Shown: positions 1 through 10,906 of the stretch, piece by piece
How positions within the stretch are numbered: the stretch's first letter is position 1
Layout of the letters: every line of letters begins with the position of its first letter
Origin: a virus
Taxonomy: Duplodnaviria; Caudoviricetes
Strand: one strand, 5' to 3'
Virus record (IMG/VR): IMGVR_UViG_3300028048_000099
Location: 34,151 to 98,150 of that record
DNA length: 64,000 nucleotides
Notes under the pieces: generated by a model
Databases searched by the model: none
Told to the model about the DNA's origin: nothing
The model's input: the letters and a program-made list of their open reading frames with translations, nothing else
Translations under genes and position numbers: made by a program

Positions 1-3000
1 CTGGAAATACATCAGGGGACTTATCTGCGCGTCTCCCATCATGTCTACCGTACAGGAGTAGGAATAGTTGGAAAAGACCCCGTAAAGGTCCTGTCCCACG
101 ACCGAGGTCTCCCTGGGTCCCCTGTTATTCTGGTAGGATATCATCAGGGTGTTCTTCAGGGCGTACTCCGTGACCTGGTGCTCACTCATGTTCAGGCGCA
201 CGTTCTTGAAAAACGACTGGTTCTGTTTCGCGAATGTCACGCCGAAGGCGGGGACCACGAAAGAGTCCGGACCCGAGTCGGCGAAAAAGGGGACTGAGTC
301 TATCGGAGCTATCTTTCCCCACGTGTCCGCTATGTCAAAACCGTCGGACTTGTACCCCATCTTGCCGGACTTGTCCTTGACATCAAGGAAAGAGGACTTG
401 GGACTTGAATAGAGGACCACGAAACTGGTCTCTATGTCATCCCCGTGCACGGCGTCATTATACGGGAAAGCCTTGAAAACGTCCTCTATGGAGCTCCTCC
501 TGTCCTCGGAACCGTTACGGGCGAGACCTAACGCCAGGGGGAGGGTGAGTATTGAGCATTTCGCCTTCTGCGCCACCGTGCTGAGAATCTTTAGAATGGA
601 GTCACCGGCGAGGTTAAACTCATCCGTGTCCTCCGTGAAGCCTCCGAGCTTACAGAGCAAATCAATCACATCGGATAGGTTTGTCTCAACCTTCATCCCG
701 CTGTCATGGTAAAACTCGTCAATGTAATAGAAGCGGCTGAAATCGCTGCGTACGCCTCCCCCGTTGGTCTTTAGCCTCTCAGGATTGCAACTGAAATACC
801 AGCTTTCACGCCTCCTGCTGCATAACCATCTGTCGTACAGGCTTTTAAGGGCTATATAGATAGCGAGACGCACCTTGTCACCCTTGAACTGTGTCGGCAC
901 CTCATACTCATCCTTGGGCACACCGTCAGACGTGGTCCCGTCATTATTCTTAAGCCGCTCCTCTGATATATTGTTCTGCTCCTTGAGGATTTTAAGGAAG
1001 GATGACACCGCCTCGGTTATGGCGTTTTCCGTGATAGGCGTTTTCCTGTCATCCAGGTTCGCGTAATCAAGCACGGAGTCAAAACCGAAATAGAAATCGG
1101 AGAAATAGGAAATGAATTCCCTCATCCCGACGCTTGTCATGTCGGCCGGATTCCGCATAAGCACACCTGTCCTCAGTTTTCCGTTTGTTTTACCGAGTTT
1201 CCCGTCCTCCCCGATGTCATAAATCTTCATCAGGGTATCCCCGTTCTCAAACTCACTCGCGTACTGAGCCGTCACGGCGGAGCCGCAGTTCTCGGGCGAG
1301 AGAGGCTCCTTAACGGTTAGCCCTCCCACGGTATTCTCTGTCCATAACCCCAGAATCCTCTCAATATCGTAAAAAGACAACGCGGGGAAGGGGTTGTTTG
1401 ACCCGGTAGCCTCCGCCCCCTCCTCCGGGAGGCTGTTTCCAGTAGCCCAATCAAGAAAATATTTCGTGAGTGTCTTTTTTCTCGCGGCGGTTACGTTAGC
1501 CGGTAACATGGATGTGCTTCCGGTGAGGAACTTCTTCCCGAGGCGTGGGTCATACCGCTCCACGTCCTCCAGGGCATCAACTCTCGAGCCCTTGACATTG
1601 TACACGTAATTGATTGGGTCAACGCCTCTATTAAGAAACGCCTCCCTCCAATATGCCGCGCCCTCCCTCAGAAGGAGTGTGGTGGGATAATCACCGTTCT
1701 CAACCTTTCCCGGCAGGAAAAAGTTCCCATCAGTGCCTGCCATATACGGTATTCCGAAAAGGAAAAGATACGCCCTCGCGACCTGCGACTCCTGGGCGTA
1801 ATAGAGGGGGTCCATGAAAATGTTGGTCACACCGGCCTGGCTCTTGCGGAAGGACGGCATCATGAAAACCCTCCCGCCCGTGGAGGAGTTTTTGTAAATA
1901 TCCCCGACGCTTGACGCCTTTCCGAACGCCCCGATGCCAAAATACAGGCCGGCTATGGACTTGGGACATTTCCCATAGTTGGTGAAAAGGGACGACGCCT
2001 TGACAAAGTCACCGGTGGGGTGTTTCGCGAACTCCCTCTCAATAAAACCGCCACCGTTATATAAAGAGCAGGTGTACTCATTGGAACGGGTGTCCCTGCC
2101 CGAGATACGCAGGAACTTGCCGGTGTTCTCAAAACCTCCGGGCCACGCGGACAGCTTGGCGCTCTCCAGAATCTCAGGGTTGAACGTCCCCAGGGGATAA
2201 AGATATGTCCCGGAGTCCTCATCCTTTATCCAACGGTATGACAACTCGTTGTATGTGCTGAGAGTCGTGAAGAGGGGTGTGTCGCCGGAAAAGATTTTCT
2301 TGACGAACTCACCGGGGTTTGACCCGTACATGTGGAGCTCCGTGATGAACTCCTGTGTCGGGTTCATTCCTATGAGGTTGAAAGCCCTCTTGACGTTCTC
2401 CGCCTCAAGCTCGGCTATGAGACGGGCCTTCTTGAGCGGGGGCATGTCGTGACCCATGAAAAACGCGAAGTAACACCTGAGGATGAAAACCTCGGCGACT
2501 TTCCGCAATGTGCCCGGAACGTTTATCGAGTACTCGTTCAACACGTCAGTGTACGGGTTGTTCCTCATGCCGGTCGCTATGTCATAATAATTCGTCGGGA
2601 CAAGGTTGCCGTCAAGCGGAATCTTGTTGTCCCTCGGTCTCACGGGCTGGTAAGTCTTCTCGTCAAGGGCCGTGGCGTTTATGATAGCCTCAACCAGCCT
2701 CACCTCCTCAAGATTTTTCCCCGCCTCCAACGAGCCGGGCCAGACCATGACCACTTTCGTGTCCTCGGAATCCTTGACCTGCTCCTCCTTGTAAAACATC
2801 GTGAACGGGGGAATCTTGCCGCCGTGCGATGAGGGACTTTTTAAGGTGTTCTCGTTGACATCTATCGTGATGCCGCCACCCACGAAGTTCTCGGCCTTTC
2901 TGGAGTTATCCGTGCTTGACAGGAGACTCCAGCGTATCCTGTCAAGGGTGTTGTAAAAAATCGACATGAACGTGTCAATATGGGCGAAAACCATGTTGAA

Positions 3001-4725
3001 CATGTTCTTTATCGTGGGTTTCAGGCCTATCATATGCATGACTTCTATATCCCTGGTCTTCTCCCATTCGGCCTTTAAGGCGTCGGCGCTCTTCTTGAGT
3101 CCCTGCATGGTGTCCTCTATATGGGTGAAATACCTGATATTATCAATAGAGAAAGCAATCAGCGTCTGCTCTTTCTTGTCGGATTTCGGGGATATGGGGG
3201 AATCGGACGTCCAATTGTCAAAACGCCTCTTAACCTCCTTGACAAGGTCAGCGTAATAGGGCTCCACCGAGGGGTTGGACAGGCTGTATGTCGGGTTGCC
3301 CGCGGAGCTTGACGTCCCGGTGGCCGGCATGGAGATATAGTCCAGCGTGTACTTCTCCTTATTGGAGTCGTTGATACGGAAACGGAGGGAGACCACATGT
3401 CCGTCAAGGAGCTTATGGACCTCCTCGTCCGTGTAGTCCGTCAGGAGGACACTCTGGGTCGTGGATTTGGTGGCCGCGGCCTTCTTCTCGCTCAACTCCT
3501 TGCTGGCCTTGTAAATGTCGCTGAACACGGACTGCTCCTTAATCATCCTGTCCTCTGTCGACACCGCGGAGCTGCTGGGGTTCTTGGCCAGCTCGTTATA
3601 CTCCTCCAACGCTTTTGAGAACCTGAGGAAATTGGTCAATATGAGACGGTTGTTCTCCGGGGACTCGTCAAGGGGCACGAAGAAATAACCCTTGCCTTCC
3701 TTGTCAAGGGACGTCTTTGACCATGACCACCATTTCAGGTCTTTGTGTATGGGGGGATAATAAGGCTTGACCTCATTCTTGATTTTGTCATAGAGAATCA
3801 CCAGCTGCTTCCGCTCAAGCTCCTCCTTGGAGTTGGCGTGCACCTTCTCAGCGTTCTCAGTAAGGCTTTTGACCAATGTCCTCAACTCGGGAAAAGTATA
3901 CATCGTGTGCGACAGGGACTGCGCGCCCGGCGCCCCGGATGAGGACTCGAGATAGCAGAAATCATCACTCGCCTTCTTCTCCTCCCAGGTGTTCTTTCCG
4001 TAAAGGTCAATATATGGCGCGAGATAAACGAACGGGAAAGGGAGGTCGGCGTACATGCCGTACATATAGCCGATGAAGTTCGCGGAAACCTCAAAATTGC
4101 CGGTCTGGGAGTTGAACTCAATGTTGGTGCTCACGACACTCAGGTCATAGGTCACCTCCTTTCCGTAGAACCCCTTGACACTGAGTTTGAAAAGCGGGTA
4201 CGGGAAACTGAAGAACGCCTTGAAGAAGTCGCTGTTCGTCAGGTTTGAGTCACTCTTGCCGGTGGAGGCCCTGCCGTTGTTATAGTACTCGTACTCGGAG
4301 GGCTGCATGAGGGAGGCCCCGCGGACGTCAATGAACTTGATGTCAACGCTTGGGGTGTACCAGCTGGTGTACTTTATGTTAATTGACTCAATTCCCAGGC
4401 ACTCCCTCGTGTTCGTGTCCGGGTCGTTCATACTTATGTCCGTGAAGTTCGTCGTGAGATAACCCTGCTCGTCCCCGTTCGCGGTACCGTCTATGAAAGA
4501 CAGCGTGCCGTTGTCGGACGAGAACTCCAGGGCCTTCCCGAGAATGTCCCTGCCGCTCCCGGGCAAGCCGCAATCGTAACGGTTGCCGTTGACAACCCTC
4601 AGGTTAACCGAGAACGAGTAGTTCTCATAGGGTTGTGGTATGCCGTTCTGTATCGGGCCGTCCGTGAAAAGACTGTTCGGCTCGATATACTCTATCCTGC
4701 CCGACCTCTGTACCTTGTCCGCCAT
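1..4725 (-). CDS. Very large virion/baseplate-region protein, runs off the left edge (>=1575 aa; possible gp27-like hub)
   Basis: Absent from the ORF track because no stop falls in the window. ATG at 4725 (MADKVQRSGRIEYIEP...LGIESINIKY...IKFIDVRGASL...FPYPLFKLSVKGFYG); the same frame reads ...QISPLMYFQ at position 1. Follows the baseplate genes directly. Function inferred from context. Confidence 0.75.
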   Translation of the reverse strand, partial: MADKVQRSGRIEYIEPNSLFTDGPIQNGIPQPYENYSFSVNLRVVNGNRYDCGLPGSGRDILGKALEFSSDNGTLSFIDGTANGDEQGYLTTNFTDISMNDPDTNTRECLGIESINIKYTSWYTPSVDIKFIDVRGASLMQPSEYEYYNNGRASTGKSDSNLTNSDFFKAFFSFPYPLFKLSVKGFYGKEVTYDLSVVSTNIEFNSQTGNFEVSANFIGYMYGMYADLPFPFVYLAPYIDLYGKNTWEEKKASDDFCYLESSSGAPGAQSLSHTMYTFPELRTLVKSLTENAEKVHANSKEELERKQLVILYDKIKNEVKPYYPPIHKDLKWWSWSKTSLDKEGKGYFFVPLDESPENNRLILTNFLRFSKALEEYNELAKNPSSSAVSTEDRMIKEQSVFSDIYKASKELSEKKAAATKSTTQSVLLTDYTDEEVHKLLDGHVVSLRFRINDSNKEKYTLDYISMPATGTSSSAGNPTYSLSNPSVEPYYADLVKEVKRRFDNWTSDSPISPKSDKKEQTLIAFSIDNIRYFTHIEDTMQGLKKSADALKAEWEKTRDIEVMHMIGLKPTIKNMFNMVFAHIDTFMSIFYNTLDRIRWSLLSSTDNSRKAENFVGGGITIDVNENTLKSPSSHGGKIPPFTMFYKEEQVKDSEDTKVVMVWPGSLEAGKNLEEVRLVEAIINATALDEKTYQPVRPRDNKIPLDGNLVPTNYYDIATGMRNNPYTDVLNEYSINVPGTLRKVAEVFILRCYFAFFMGHDMPPLKKARLIAELEAENVKRAFNLIGMNPTQEFITELHMYGSNPGEFVKKIFSGDTPLFTTLSTYNELSYRWIKDEDSGTYLYPLGTFNPEILESAKLSAWPGGFENTGKFLRISGRDTRSNEYTCSLYNGGGFIEREFAKHPTGDFVKASSLFTNYGKCPKSIAGLYFGIGAFGKASSVGDIYKNSSTGGRVFMMPSFRKSQAGVTNIFMDPLYYAQESQVARAYLFLFGIPYMAGTDGNFFLPGKVENGDYPTTLLLREGAAYWREAFLNRGVDPINYVYNVKGSRVDALEDVERYDPRLGKKFLTGSTSMLPANVTAARKKTLTKYFLDWATGNSLPEEGAEATGSNNPFPALSFYDIERILGLWTENTVGGLTVKEPLSPENCGSAVTAQYASEFENGDTLMKIYDIGEDGKLGKTNGKLRTGVLMRNPADMTSVGMREFISYFSDFYFGFDSVLDYANLDDRKTPITENAITEAVSSFLKILKEQNNISEERLKNNDGTTSDGVPKDEYEVPTQFKGDKVRLAIYIALKSLYDRWLCSRRRESWYFSCNPERLKTNGGGVRSDFSRFYYIDEFYHDSGMKVETNLSDVIDLLCKLGGFTEDTDEFNLAGDSILKILSTVAQKAKCSILTLPLALGLARNGSEDRRSSIEDVFKAFPYNDAVHGDDIETSFVVLYSSPKSSFLDVKDKSGKMGYKSDGFDIADTWGKIAPIDSVPFFADSGPDSFVVPAFGVTFAKQNQSFFKNVRLNMSEHQVTEYALKNTLMISYQNNRGPRETSVVGQDLYGVFSNYSYSCTVDMMGDAQISPLMYFQ

Positions 4726-4734
4726 TCGCTGATA

Positions 4735-5049
4735 TTATTTGTATAACCTCTTATGCTCATCTATTGACGCCTGGTAATCCTGGATAGACTGGCTCAAAGG
4801 ATACGGAATCCTGAGAGTCACCCTGTCAGGTATCTCAAACTCAACGGAGCCGTACTGCGGGTTGGCCTGCATTATAAGCCACCCGTAACTGCTATCATTA
4901 TAATAGCGGTAGGATAAAATATCAAGCCTTGTCTTCCCCCTCTCGTAAACCTCAAAGAAATCGGTGCTCTTGGCCGGCACCTCACCGAACGGGACGACCG
5001 CTATGGCGCCGTCCTGCCTGAATTGTGAATATCTGTCGTATGTCGCCAT
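4735..5049 (-). CDS. LysM-like baseplate wedge protein (T4 gp53 / P2 gpX-like)
   Basis: RLDILSYRYYNDSSYGWLIMQANP...LRIP matches the gp53/gpX pattern; position after tape measure and tube initiator. Confidence 0.7.
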   Translation of the reverse strand: MATYDRYSQFRQDGAIAVVPFGEVPAKSTDFFEVYERGKTRLDILSYRYYNDSSYGWLIMQANPQYGSVEFEIPDRVTLRIPYPLSQSIQDYQASIDEHKRLYK

Positions 5050-5052
5050 ATC

Positions 5053-8000
5053 CTAACTGTTTTCCCCCTCTTTATTCTTGGGTCTCTCCTGTATTTTTGA
5101 GGAGAACTTGAAATGCTCGGTGATGTTCTTCTGCTTGTCCTTGTCCTTTATGACCGGTGACCAGGACATCGCGGTGTCATCGGACTCGCTTATGAAGTTG
5201 TCGCGGTAATCGGCGCGCCTGTCGTAGACCGACGTGTTGGCGTAGTAGTTGTAGGACACCGCGTTCTGAAGCCTTGATATAGGGCCGGAGAGGTCACTGC
5301 CGCCGAGGAACGTGAACGTCATGTTGACATTCGCCATCATCGGCTGGAGGCCGACCCCCTCAGGGTTGAGGTCCCACTGAACCCCGCCGCCCGTGTCATA
5401 CTCTATGTTTATGCTCTCAATGCATATCTTCGTGTTGAAGAAGTCGCCTATGCGCAGGACACAGAACGGCGCCCTGCCGAACGAGAGGTTACCCGCGCCG
5501 TAGGAGCCCCCGCCGAAAGTGTCCGACGCGGAGATTGTCGGCCCTTGCCTCAGGCATTGCTGGAGGAAGGTCAGACGCGCGTTGAAACCCTCGGGCGTGA
5601 TTGAGTGGAACGCCGGGTCAAAGTAATCCACCTTATCGGAGATGTAACGCTTGACCATGTCGTCATTCTCGTTAATCTGCTTGAAATAGGTATACTCGTC
5701 GTCATAGGTCTGGTTCTCGTAATCGTCAGCCTTACTCGTGTCAAATTCCTCCGTGTAACCGGTCTCGACCTTGGTGTTCTGCACAAGCCTGGTCTCAACC
5801 ACTTCCGCCTCCGCTAACTCCTGAACCTCGGTTATTATCGTCTCCTTCGGCACTATTCTAAAGGTGATTTTCGCCGCTCTCGCGGCCTTAGGCCTAAAAT
5901 CAGACTCGGACGCCACCGTGGTGCCGACTATCTGCCCGTTGCCGTTGGAGGATATCTTGTCTTTACCCTCTGAGAAATCAAAGCAACCGAGACTCCTTAT
6001 CCACCCCTCCAGCACGCGCGCGCGATTCTCCGCGAGAATCTTGTTGGAGGCCACATAACCGTCCGATGAGGCGTAACCCTGTATATCTATACTATACGTA
6101 TAATTATTCTTTGTTGCGGCGTTGAAAACCGTCACCATCTGTTTGAGGTTACGGAAAAAATTATACGCGGGCACGAGATATTTTTTCTGCTCGGCGTCCA
6201 TACTGAGAAGTGACATGGCGTCCTTCAGATTACTATCCGACTCACTGATGTCAACATTGCCGGTGTTGAGATACTCAACAATCTTATCCTCAGAAGGTAC
6301 CCCTGACCAGAACGTGCCATATAATGACGCGTCGGGGTTATTTGACCTGGAGCCGTTAAGCCCGTAATCATTCAAATCCTTATACGCCTTTATCTTGTCA
6401 CGGTTGACATTGTTGGAACGCACACCCAAGGTCTCGTTTTTGACCCTGGAATCAACCGGGTAATACCAGCTTTTGACGGTCCCGTTCTTGTCAGGCCCGC
6501 GGTAATAGTAGCCGTCGGGAAACCCCTTCCCGTTATATGTCATGCCTGTTTTTCCCGAGCCTTGTCCGAGCTCGTACCCGATTCCGCCACCATCCCTCAG
6601 TCCTTTCTCAAACATCTCCTCAATACCGGCGGTATAGTTTTGGGACTCGTTGAAATCCTGCGCGGCATAGTTGTTGGGATAATAGAATACGCTGTAAAAG
6701 GTCATGCCATCCTTATCGGGATTTTCCTCCTCCTTCTGGATGGTCTTGGCTTCCTTACCCGGAGACACCACCCTGTCCTTAAGTTCCTCATTGACATTGA
6801 CATTACGGGAGTCTATGAGGTCATAAGGCACGTCATAAGCCTCACGGGGATTGAACTCCATAGCGTCGCACCCGGCGAAATACCTGAGAATCATCTCGTC
6901 CTTACTCAACGGGTCAACCTTGTTCGCGGTCTTTCCCATCTTGCCTCCCCTGGCCCACTCGTTGATGATTGACGGGTGGTCTATAAGGAGCGTGAACGAG
7001 AGGCTCCCGTGTCTCTCGGAGTTGATATAGGTGTAAATCTTCTCGCCGCGGCCTATGAACTGGTTGTCGTTCCAGTTCGCCCTGGCCTGCTCGCTGAACT
7101 TAAGGTTATATGGAGGGAACCACATGATGCGTCCCCCGTTCGGTCCTCTCTGCTCCTCGGTCAGGGTCATTCCGAAACCGGTGGCCACGCCGCTCCTCGC
7201 ATTAACGGTGTTGACCGTGGTTGAGGTTGAGCGCTTGTCAAACTCGAATTCCGCGGAAATTGAGGATTTGTCCCGATTGAATTTGGCGTCCTCGCGTCTG
7301 ACGTTTACATTCACCGCGTCGGGTACTATATCCTTCCACGCCAGGTTCTCAATGGAGAACATGCACCTCTTGATTGAGTCCTCCTCCATCTTGTTCCTGT
7401 CATTGACATAGTACGGTGTGATAATCGGCCTGCCGTTCTCGGGGTCAAGGGACGTGAATTTCTTAAGCCTGTCATAACCCTTGTTCGGCCGCATGAGCTG
7501 GTCACCGTTATGAAGCGTGTAATGGCTCACGCCGGCGTTCATTGAGTCATCAGCCCATTTTCCCCTTATAAGGTGCTTGTACTTTGAGTACTGGTAATGG
7601 GTCGTCCATACTCGGCAGTAGGGATTCGGGTAGCCGTTCTCGTTCGTCAGGTCCAGCTTGCGGAGGTTCCTTCCCCTTGAGAGACCGTAAAGATGGTCTG
7701 TCGCCGTGTTCAGGAAACCCGGCATTCCCTCGTTATGCCCGTTGAGTGTCGCGAACCTGTTGGCCAGCGACCTTATCTTACCCTCATAGAACATCCTGTT
7801 GGTTTTCCCGAGCAGGCCCTTAATCTCCTTGTCGGGTGAGATAGTGTCAACGTCAAGGAAATACGCGTAATCGGACTGGGGCACGGCGTCACGGTCGTGC
7901 ACCATGACCCTGTTCCTCGGCTCGCCGTCGTAATTCTCCACGTAGAGCCCGTGCTCCGCGACACCGTTGAGAAGATTCAGGTAATAGTGTGACCCCATGT

Positions 8001-8745
8001 AGTCCCAGTAGTCAAGCAGCGGCCCGTGGAAAAGCTCCCTGTCCTGCACCACTGCCTCAAACCTGTCCCTGAAACCCTGGACGTGCCCGTTCATCGTCTT
8101 GCGCACGAGATTCTCTTCCAAGGGTTTAAGGACATAAGGCGCGGAGGGGTTATATCGTTTCGGGCCCCACTTGTATACCTCAATATCTTGATAATCAAAA
8201 GGATATTCCAAATCGTTGAAAACACCGTAGGTGCTTCTTAAATATACCTTGTCATCCTGGGCTTCACCGCTCCTCTCTATCGCCGCGTTCTCAAGGTGCG
8301 TGTATCCGAGAAGGTCCCTGCCGACCGTGTCGTCAAGGAAACGGAGACGGTTGGACTCACTCTCATAGACATCGTAGTACTCCCCGATGGCGGGACTGCC
8401 GTCCAGACCGAAATTATATCTCCCGTTCGCGTCAGGCCCCTCATATCTCCTCATGTAGGGGTTGCCGAGGAGGTTGGCGGTCCTGGCCGGGGTGCTCTTG
8501 GGTCCCACGCCTCCCTGCCTGCTGCTCACGGTCTTGCCTATCTGACGTGACGACACCTTGCCCACCTCACGCGAGCCTATCCTCCCGTCCAGCGAGGCCC
8601 TGCTGTCGTCATCCCCGTTCGCGAGTTTCATGATGGTTGAGTTGAGGCCGAGGAGGTTCCCGCCCATCGTCCTCAGCTCACTCCTTATCGCGTGGGCCGT
8701 GGCGAACATGTCAAAACTGCTTATGCCAGGTTTACCGTTTCTCAT
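5053..8745 (-). CDS. Baseplate/tail-tube initiator-like protein (gp48/gp54-like) with inserted OmpA-like domain
   Basis: Tube-like segments (WNDNQFIGRGEKIYTYINSERHGSLSFTL; APFCVLRIGDFFNTKICIESINIEY) flank an OmpA-like motif (IDIQGYASSDG...NKILAENRAR...AARAAKI); directly downstream of tape measure. Confidence 0.65.
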   Translation of the reverse strand: MRNGKPGISSFDMFATAHAIRSELRTMGGNLLGLNSTIMKLANGDDDSRASLDGRIGSREVGKVSSRQIGKTVSSRQGGVGPKSTPARTANLLGNPYMRRYEGPDANGRYNFGLDGSPAIGEYYDVYESESNRLRFLDDTVGRDLLGYTHLENAAIERSGEAQDDKVYLRSTYGVFNDLEYPFDYQDIEVYKWGPKRYNPSAPYVLKPLEENLVRKTMNGHVQGFRDRFEAVVQDRELFHGPLLDYWDYMGSHYYLNLLNGVAEHGLYVENYDGEPRNRVMVHDRDAVPQSDYAYFLDVDTISPDKEIKGLLGKTNRMFYEGKIRSLANRFATLNGHNEGMPGFLNTATDHLYGLSRGRNLRKLDLTNENGYPNPYCRVWTTHYQYSKYKHLIRGKWADDSMNAGVSHYTLHNGDQLMRPNKGYDRLKKFTSLDPENGRPIITPYYVNDRNKMEEDSIKRCMFSIENLAWKDIVPDAVNVNVRREDAKFNRDKSSISAEFEFDKRSTSTTVNTVNARSGVATGFGMTLTEEQRGPNGGRIMWFPPYNLKFSEQARANWNDNQFIGRGEKIYTYINSERHGSLSFTLLIDHPSIINEWARGGKMGKTANKVDPLSKDEMILRYFAGCDAMEFNPREAYDVPYDLIDSRNVNVNEELKDRVVSPGKEAKTIQKEEENPDKDGMTFYSVFYYPNNYAAQDFNESQNYTAGIEEMFEKGLRDGGGIGYELGQGSGKTGMTYNGKGFPDGYYYRGPDKNGTVKSWYYPVDSRVKNETLGVRSNNVNRDKIKAYKDLNDYGLNGSRSNNPDASLYGTFWSGVPSEDKIVEYLNTGNVDISESDSNLKDAMSLLSMDAEQKKYLVPAYNFFRNLKQMVTVFNAATKNNYTYSIDIQGYASSDGYVASNKILAENRARVLEGWIRSLGCFDFSEGKDKISSNGNGQIVGTTVASESDFRPKAARAAKITFRIVPKETIITEVQELAEAEVVETRLVQNTKVETGYTEEFDTSKADDYENQTYDDEYTYFKQINENDDMVKRYISDKVDYFDPAFHSITPEGFNARLTFLQQCLRQGPTISASDTFGGGSYGAGNLSFGRAPFCVLRIGDFFNTKICIESINIEYDTGGGVQWDLNPEGVGLQPMMANVNMTFTFLGGSDLSGPISRLQNAVSYNYYANTSVYDRRADYRDNFISESDDTAMSWSPVIKDKDKQKNITEHFKFSSKIQERPKNKEGENS

Positions 8746-8773
8746 GAGATTTCCTGTTTAAAACTTATTTTTT

Positions 8774-10828
8774 TTATTTACCCGTACCGTGATATTTCAC
8801 CTCAGTTCCGCACTGAGAGGCAATCATGTTTGCCAACTCCTGCATAAAGGTCGGGTTTTCCCTGAGAATTTTCATTAAATCCTCGGTTCCTATCTTGCCG
8901 TTGTCACCAACCACGTCCACCGCGACATGACCGTCAAGCCTGATAACCAGCGGCCCCGAATCCTCTCGCCTAGATGACGGGTTTTGCCCTCCTGTTTGGG
9001 TAGTGTTGTTCTTTCCCGTCTCAACACTGGCTGTCGGGATTGTTGAGCTGTTCTGACTGAACGTATATCCGGGGGCACTCCCCCCTCCGGTGATGACGGC
9101 GCCGGTTGAGGATGAAGTTGTGCCTGCGCCCGCGGTGGTTGTTGAGCCGCCCGTTGAGGGAGCGACTGTCGTTCCCCTGGCGGCGGAAGATGTCACCGGA
9201 CTTGTAGCCGGGGCTTTTTTGGGTTCATTATACGCCAAAGGGTTAAAGCCGTACTCTTGCTCAAGTTTCTCAGCCACGTCGTGGAGCCATTTACCGACAT
9301 CAGTCCCAACATTCTGCATGGTTCCTTCAACACTGGGGCCTAATATATCCCCGAATGCCTTACCTATCTTCTCCCCAAACTCCTCTGGGGTTGTCGCGTT
9401 GCCGGCCTTGAGAAATGACGTCATGATTGAGCTCCCGAAATTCACCATATGGCCCTGTAAATTGTTTGCATACTCATCAATTTTCGCCATAGCCTGCATT
9501 TCCGGCGTCCCAACCCGGAGGATGGAGGCGGTTGCTAAATCAACGGTTGAAAGTCCCCCTATAATACCAGGCTGTACCGACTGGTAGGCTTTCTCATTGA
9601 CCATCTGTTGCTGTCTTCCGGTCACAACCTCAGCTATGGAGAGGACATTCGCCGCTATCTGCTTGACGTCCTCCTCCTGGGTAGTGTTCTGCCTTATGAA
9701 CTCATCCACCTTGTCCGGCTTATTCATTAATTCCGCGACTGACAAAAACTCATCACCTACCGTGAGACCCGCGACGCCATTCTCATCAATCTGTCCGGAG
9801 TTGAGGAGAATCTTCTCAAGCCTGTCATCAACACCCATTCCCTGTATCTGGTTCTTAATCTCACCCCTCCTCGCCTGGGCTGTCGCCTGGTCAAAGAGAT
9901 TGTCGGCATTGAGACCCGCGGCTTCCGCGGCCGCCTTTATCCGCATCCTCGTGAGGGGGTCTATCTCAATCTGGTGTGTCCTGGAGTTGTATGTCGCGGC
10001 TCCCTTGGTCATCTCCGTCAACCGGTCCTGAAGCCCATTCATGTCGGTCAGACTCTCGTTAAGCATCGCGAGGGGATTCGCCATCGCGGTGAACGAGCCT
10101 CCGAGCACCTGTAATCTCGCGGCGGTCTCAACGGCCCCAGTCACGGTCCCTACCTTATTGGCAAAATTGGCGACCTGTTGCATGTCCTGCCTAATCTCCG
10201 TGGCTTTCCTGGCCATCTCCTTAAGCCCGTCAACACCATTACGGAAGGTGTATTTCTGGGCCATGGCGAGATTGCTCGCGAAATTCTTGGAATAAAGCTG
10301 GAAATTTATCCCATATTCACCGGCCTCCTTGAAAAGTTTACCGACAGCCTTGCCGGCGGTTTTCATGGATATACCGAGTTTGTCATAACCGGTGGTAATC
10401 TGGGACATCATCTCGGACCCGACAAGCCTTGTGCCGGCCATGATATTCTCGAGCGTGGAGTCGGGACCCTTCATATCCATGAGCGCGTTCCTTCCGAGCT
10501 CACCCGTAATCCTGGCTTGTGCCTCCAACATCTGCTTGTTGCTAAAGCCATATTTCTTGGACAACTCCAGTTGATGGTTGGTCTCAACAAGGTTCTTGGA
10601 CATCTGGATGATATTGGAATTACCCAGACCCAGAGACCTGACCATTTCCGCGACAGAAGACTGCACGGTACTAAAGGGCTCTATCAAACCCAACGCGTCG
10701 TCCAGGATTCCGTTTAACATTTTAGCAACGCCTGAGGACAGGGAAGTCAGCGTGTTTTTCACTGACTGCTCGGCATCACTTACTCTACCAAGCACCCTGC
10801 CTATCGCGTCTTTGTTCTGGTCACTCAT
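8774..10828 (-). CDS. Tail tape measure protein
   Basis: 684 aa, Ala/Gly/Met-rich predicted helical sequence with S/T/G-rich C-terminal linker; lies between chaperone genes and baseplate genes. Confidence 0.75.
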   Translation of the reverse strand: MSDQNKDAIGRVLGRVSDAEQSVKNTLTSLSSGVAKMLNGILDDALGLIEPFSTVQSSVAEMVRSLGLGNSNIIQMSKNLVETNHQLELSKKYGFSNKQMLEAQARITGELGRNALMDMKGPDSTLENIMAGTRLVGSEMMSQITTGYDKLGISMKTAGKAVGKLFKEAGEYGINFQLYSKNFASNLAMAQKYTFRNGVDGLKEMARKATEIRQDMQQVANFANKVGTVTGAVETAARLQVLGGSFTAMANPLAMLNESLTDMNGLQDRLTEMTKGAATYNSRTHQIEIDPLTRMRIKAAAEAAGLNADNLFDQATAQARRGEIKNQIQGMGVDDRLEKILLNSGQIDENGVAGLTVGDEFLSVAELMNKPDKVDEFIRQNTTQEEDVKQIAANVLSIAEVVTGRQQQMVNEKAYQSVQPGIIGGLSTVDLATASILRVGTPEMQAMAKIDEYANNLQGHMVNFGSSIMTSFLKAGNATTPEEFGEKIGKAFGDILGPSVEGTMQNVGTDVGKWLHDVAEKLEQEYGFNPLAYNEPKKAPATSPVTSSAARGTTVAPSTGGSTTTAGAGTTSSSTGAVITGGGSAPGYTFSQNSSTIPTASVETGKNNTTQTGGQNPSSRREDSGPLVIRLDGHVAVDVVGDNGKIGTEDLMKILRENPTFMQELANMIASQCGTEVKYHGTGK

Positions 10829-10847
10829 GGTTCACTTCTTTTCTAAG

Positions 10848-10855
10848 TATAAATA
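10848..10855 (-). promoter_or_regulatory. TATTTAT-class (putative late) promoter for tape measure/baseplate operon
   Basis: Sense TATTTATA about 20 nt upstream of ATG 10828; the motif recurs at 17 gene starts. Confidence 0.7.
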
Positions 10856-10879
10856 TCCCACACTCTTTTTCTTAAACGG

Positions 10880-10906
10880 AAAAAAAGGGACCGACATCAG
10901 CCCCTT
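10880..10906 (-). terminator. Intrinsic terminator
   Basis: Minus strand AGGGGCTG-ATGT-CGGTCCCT followed by a T-tract. Confidence 0.6.
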
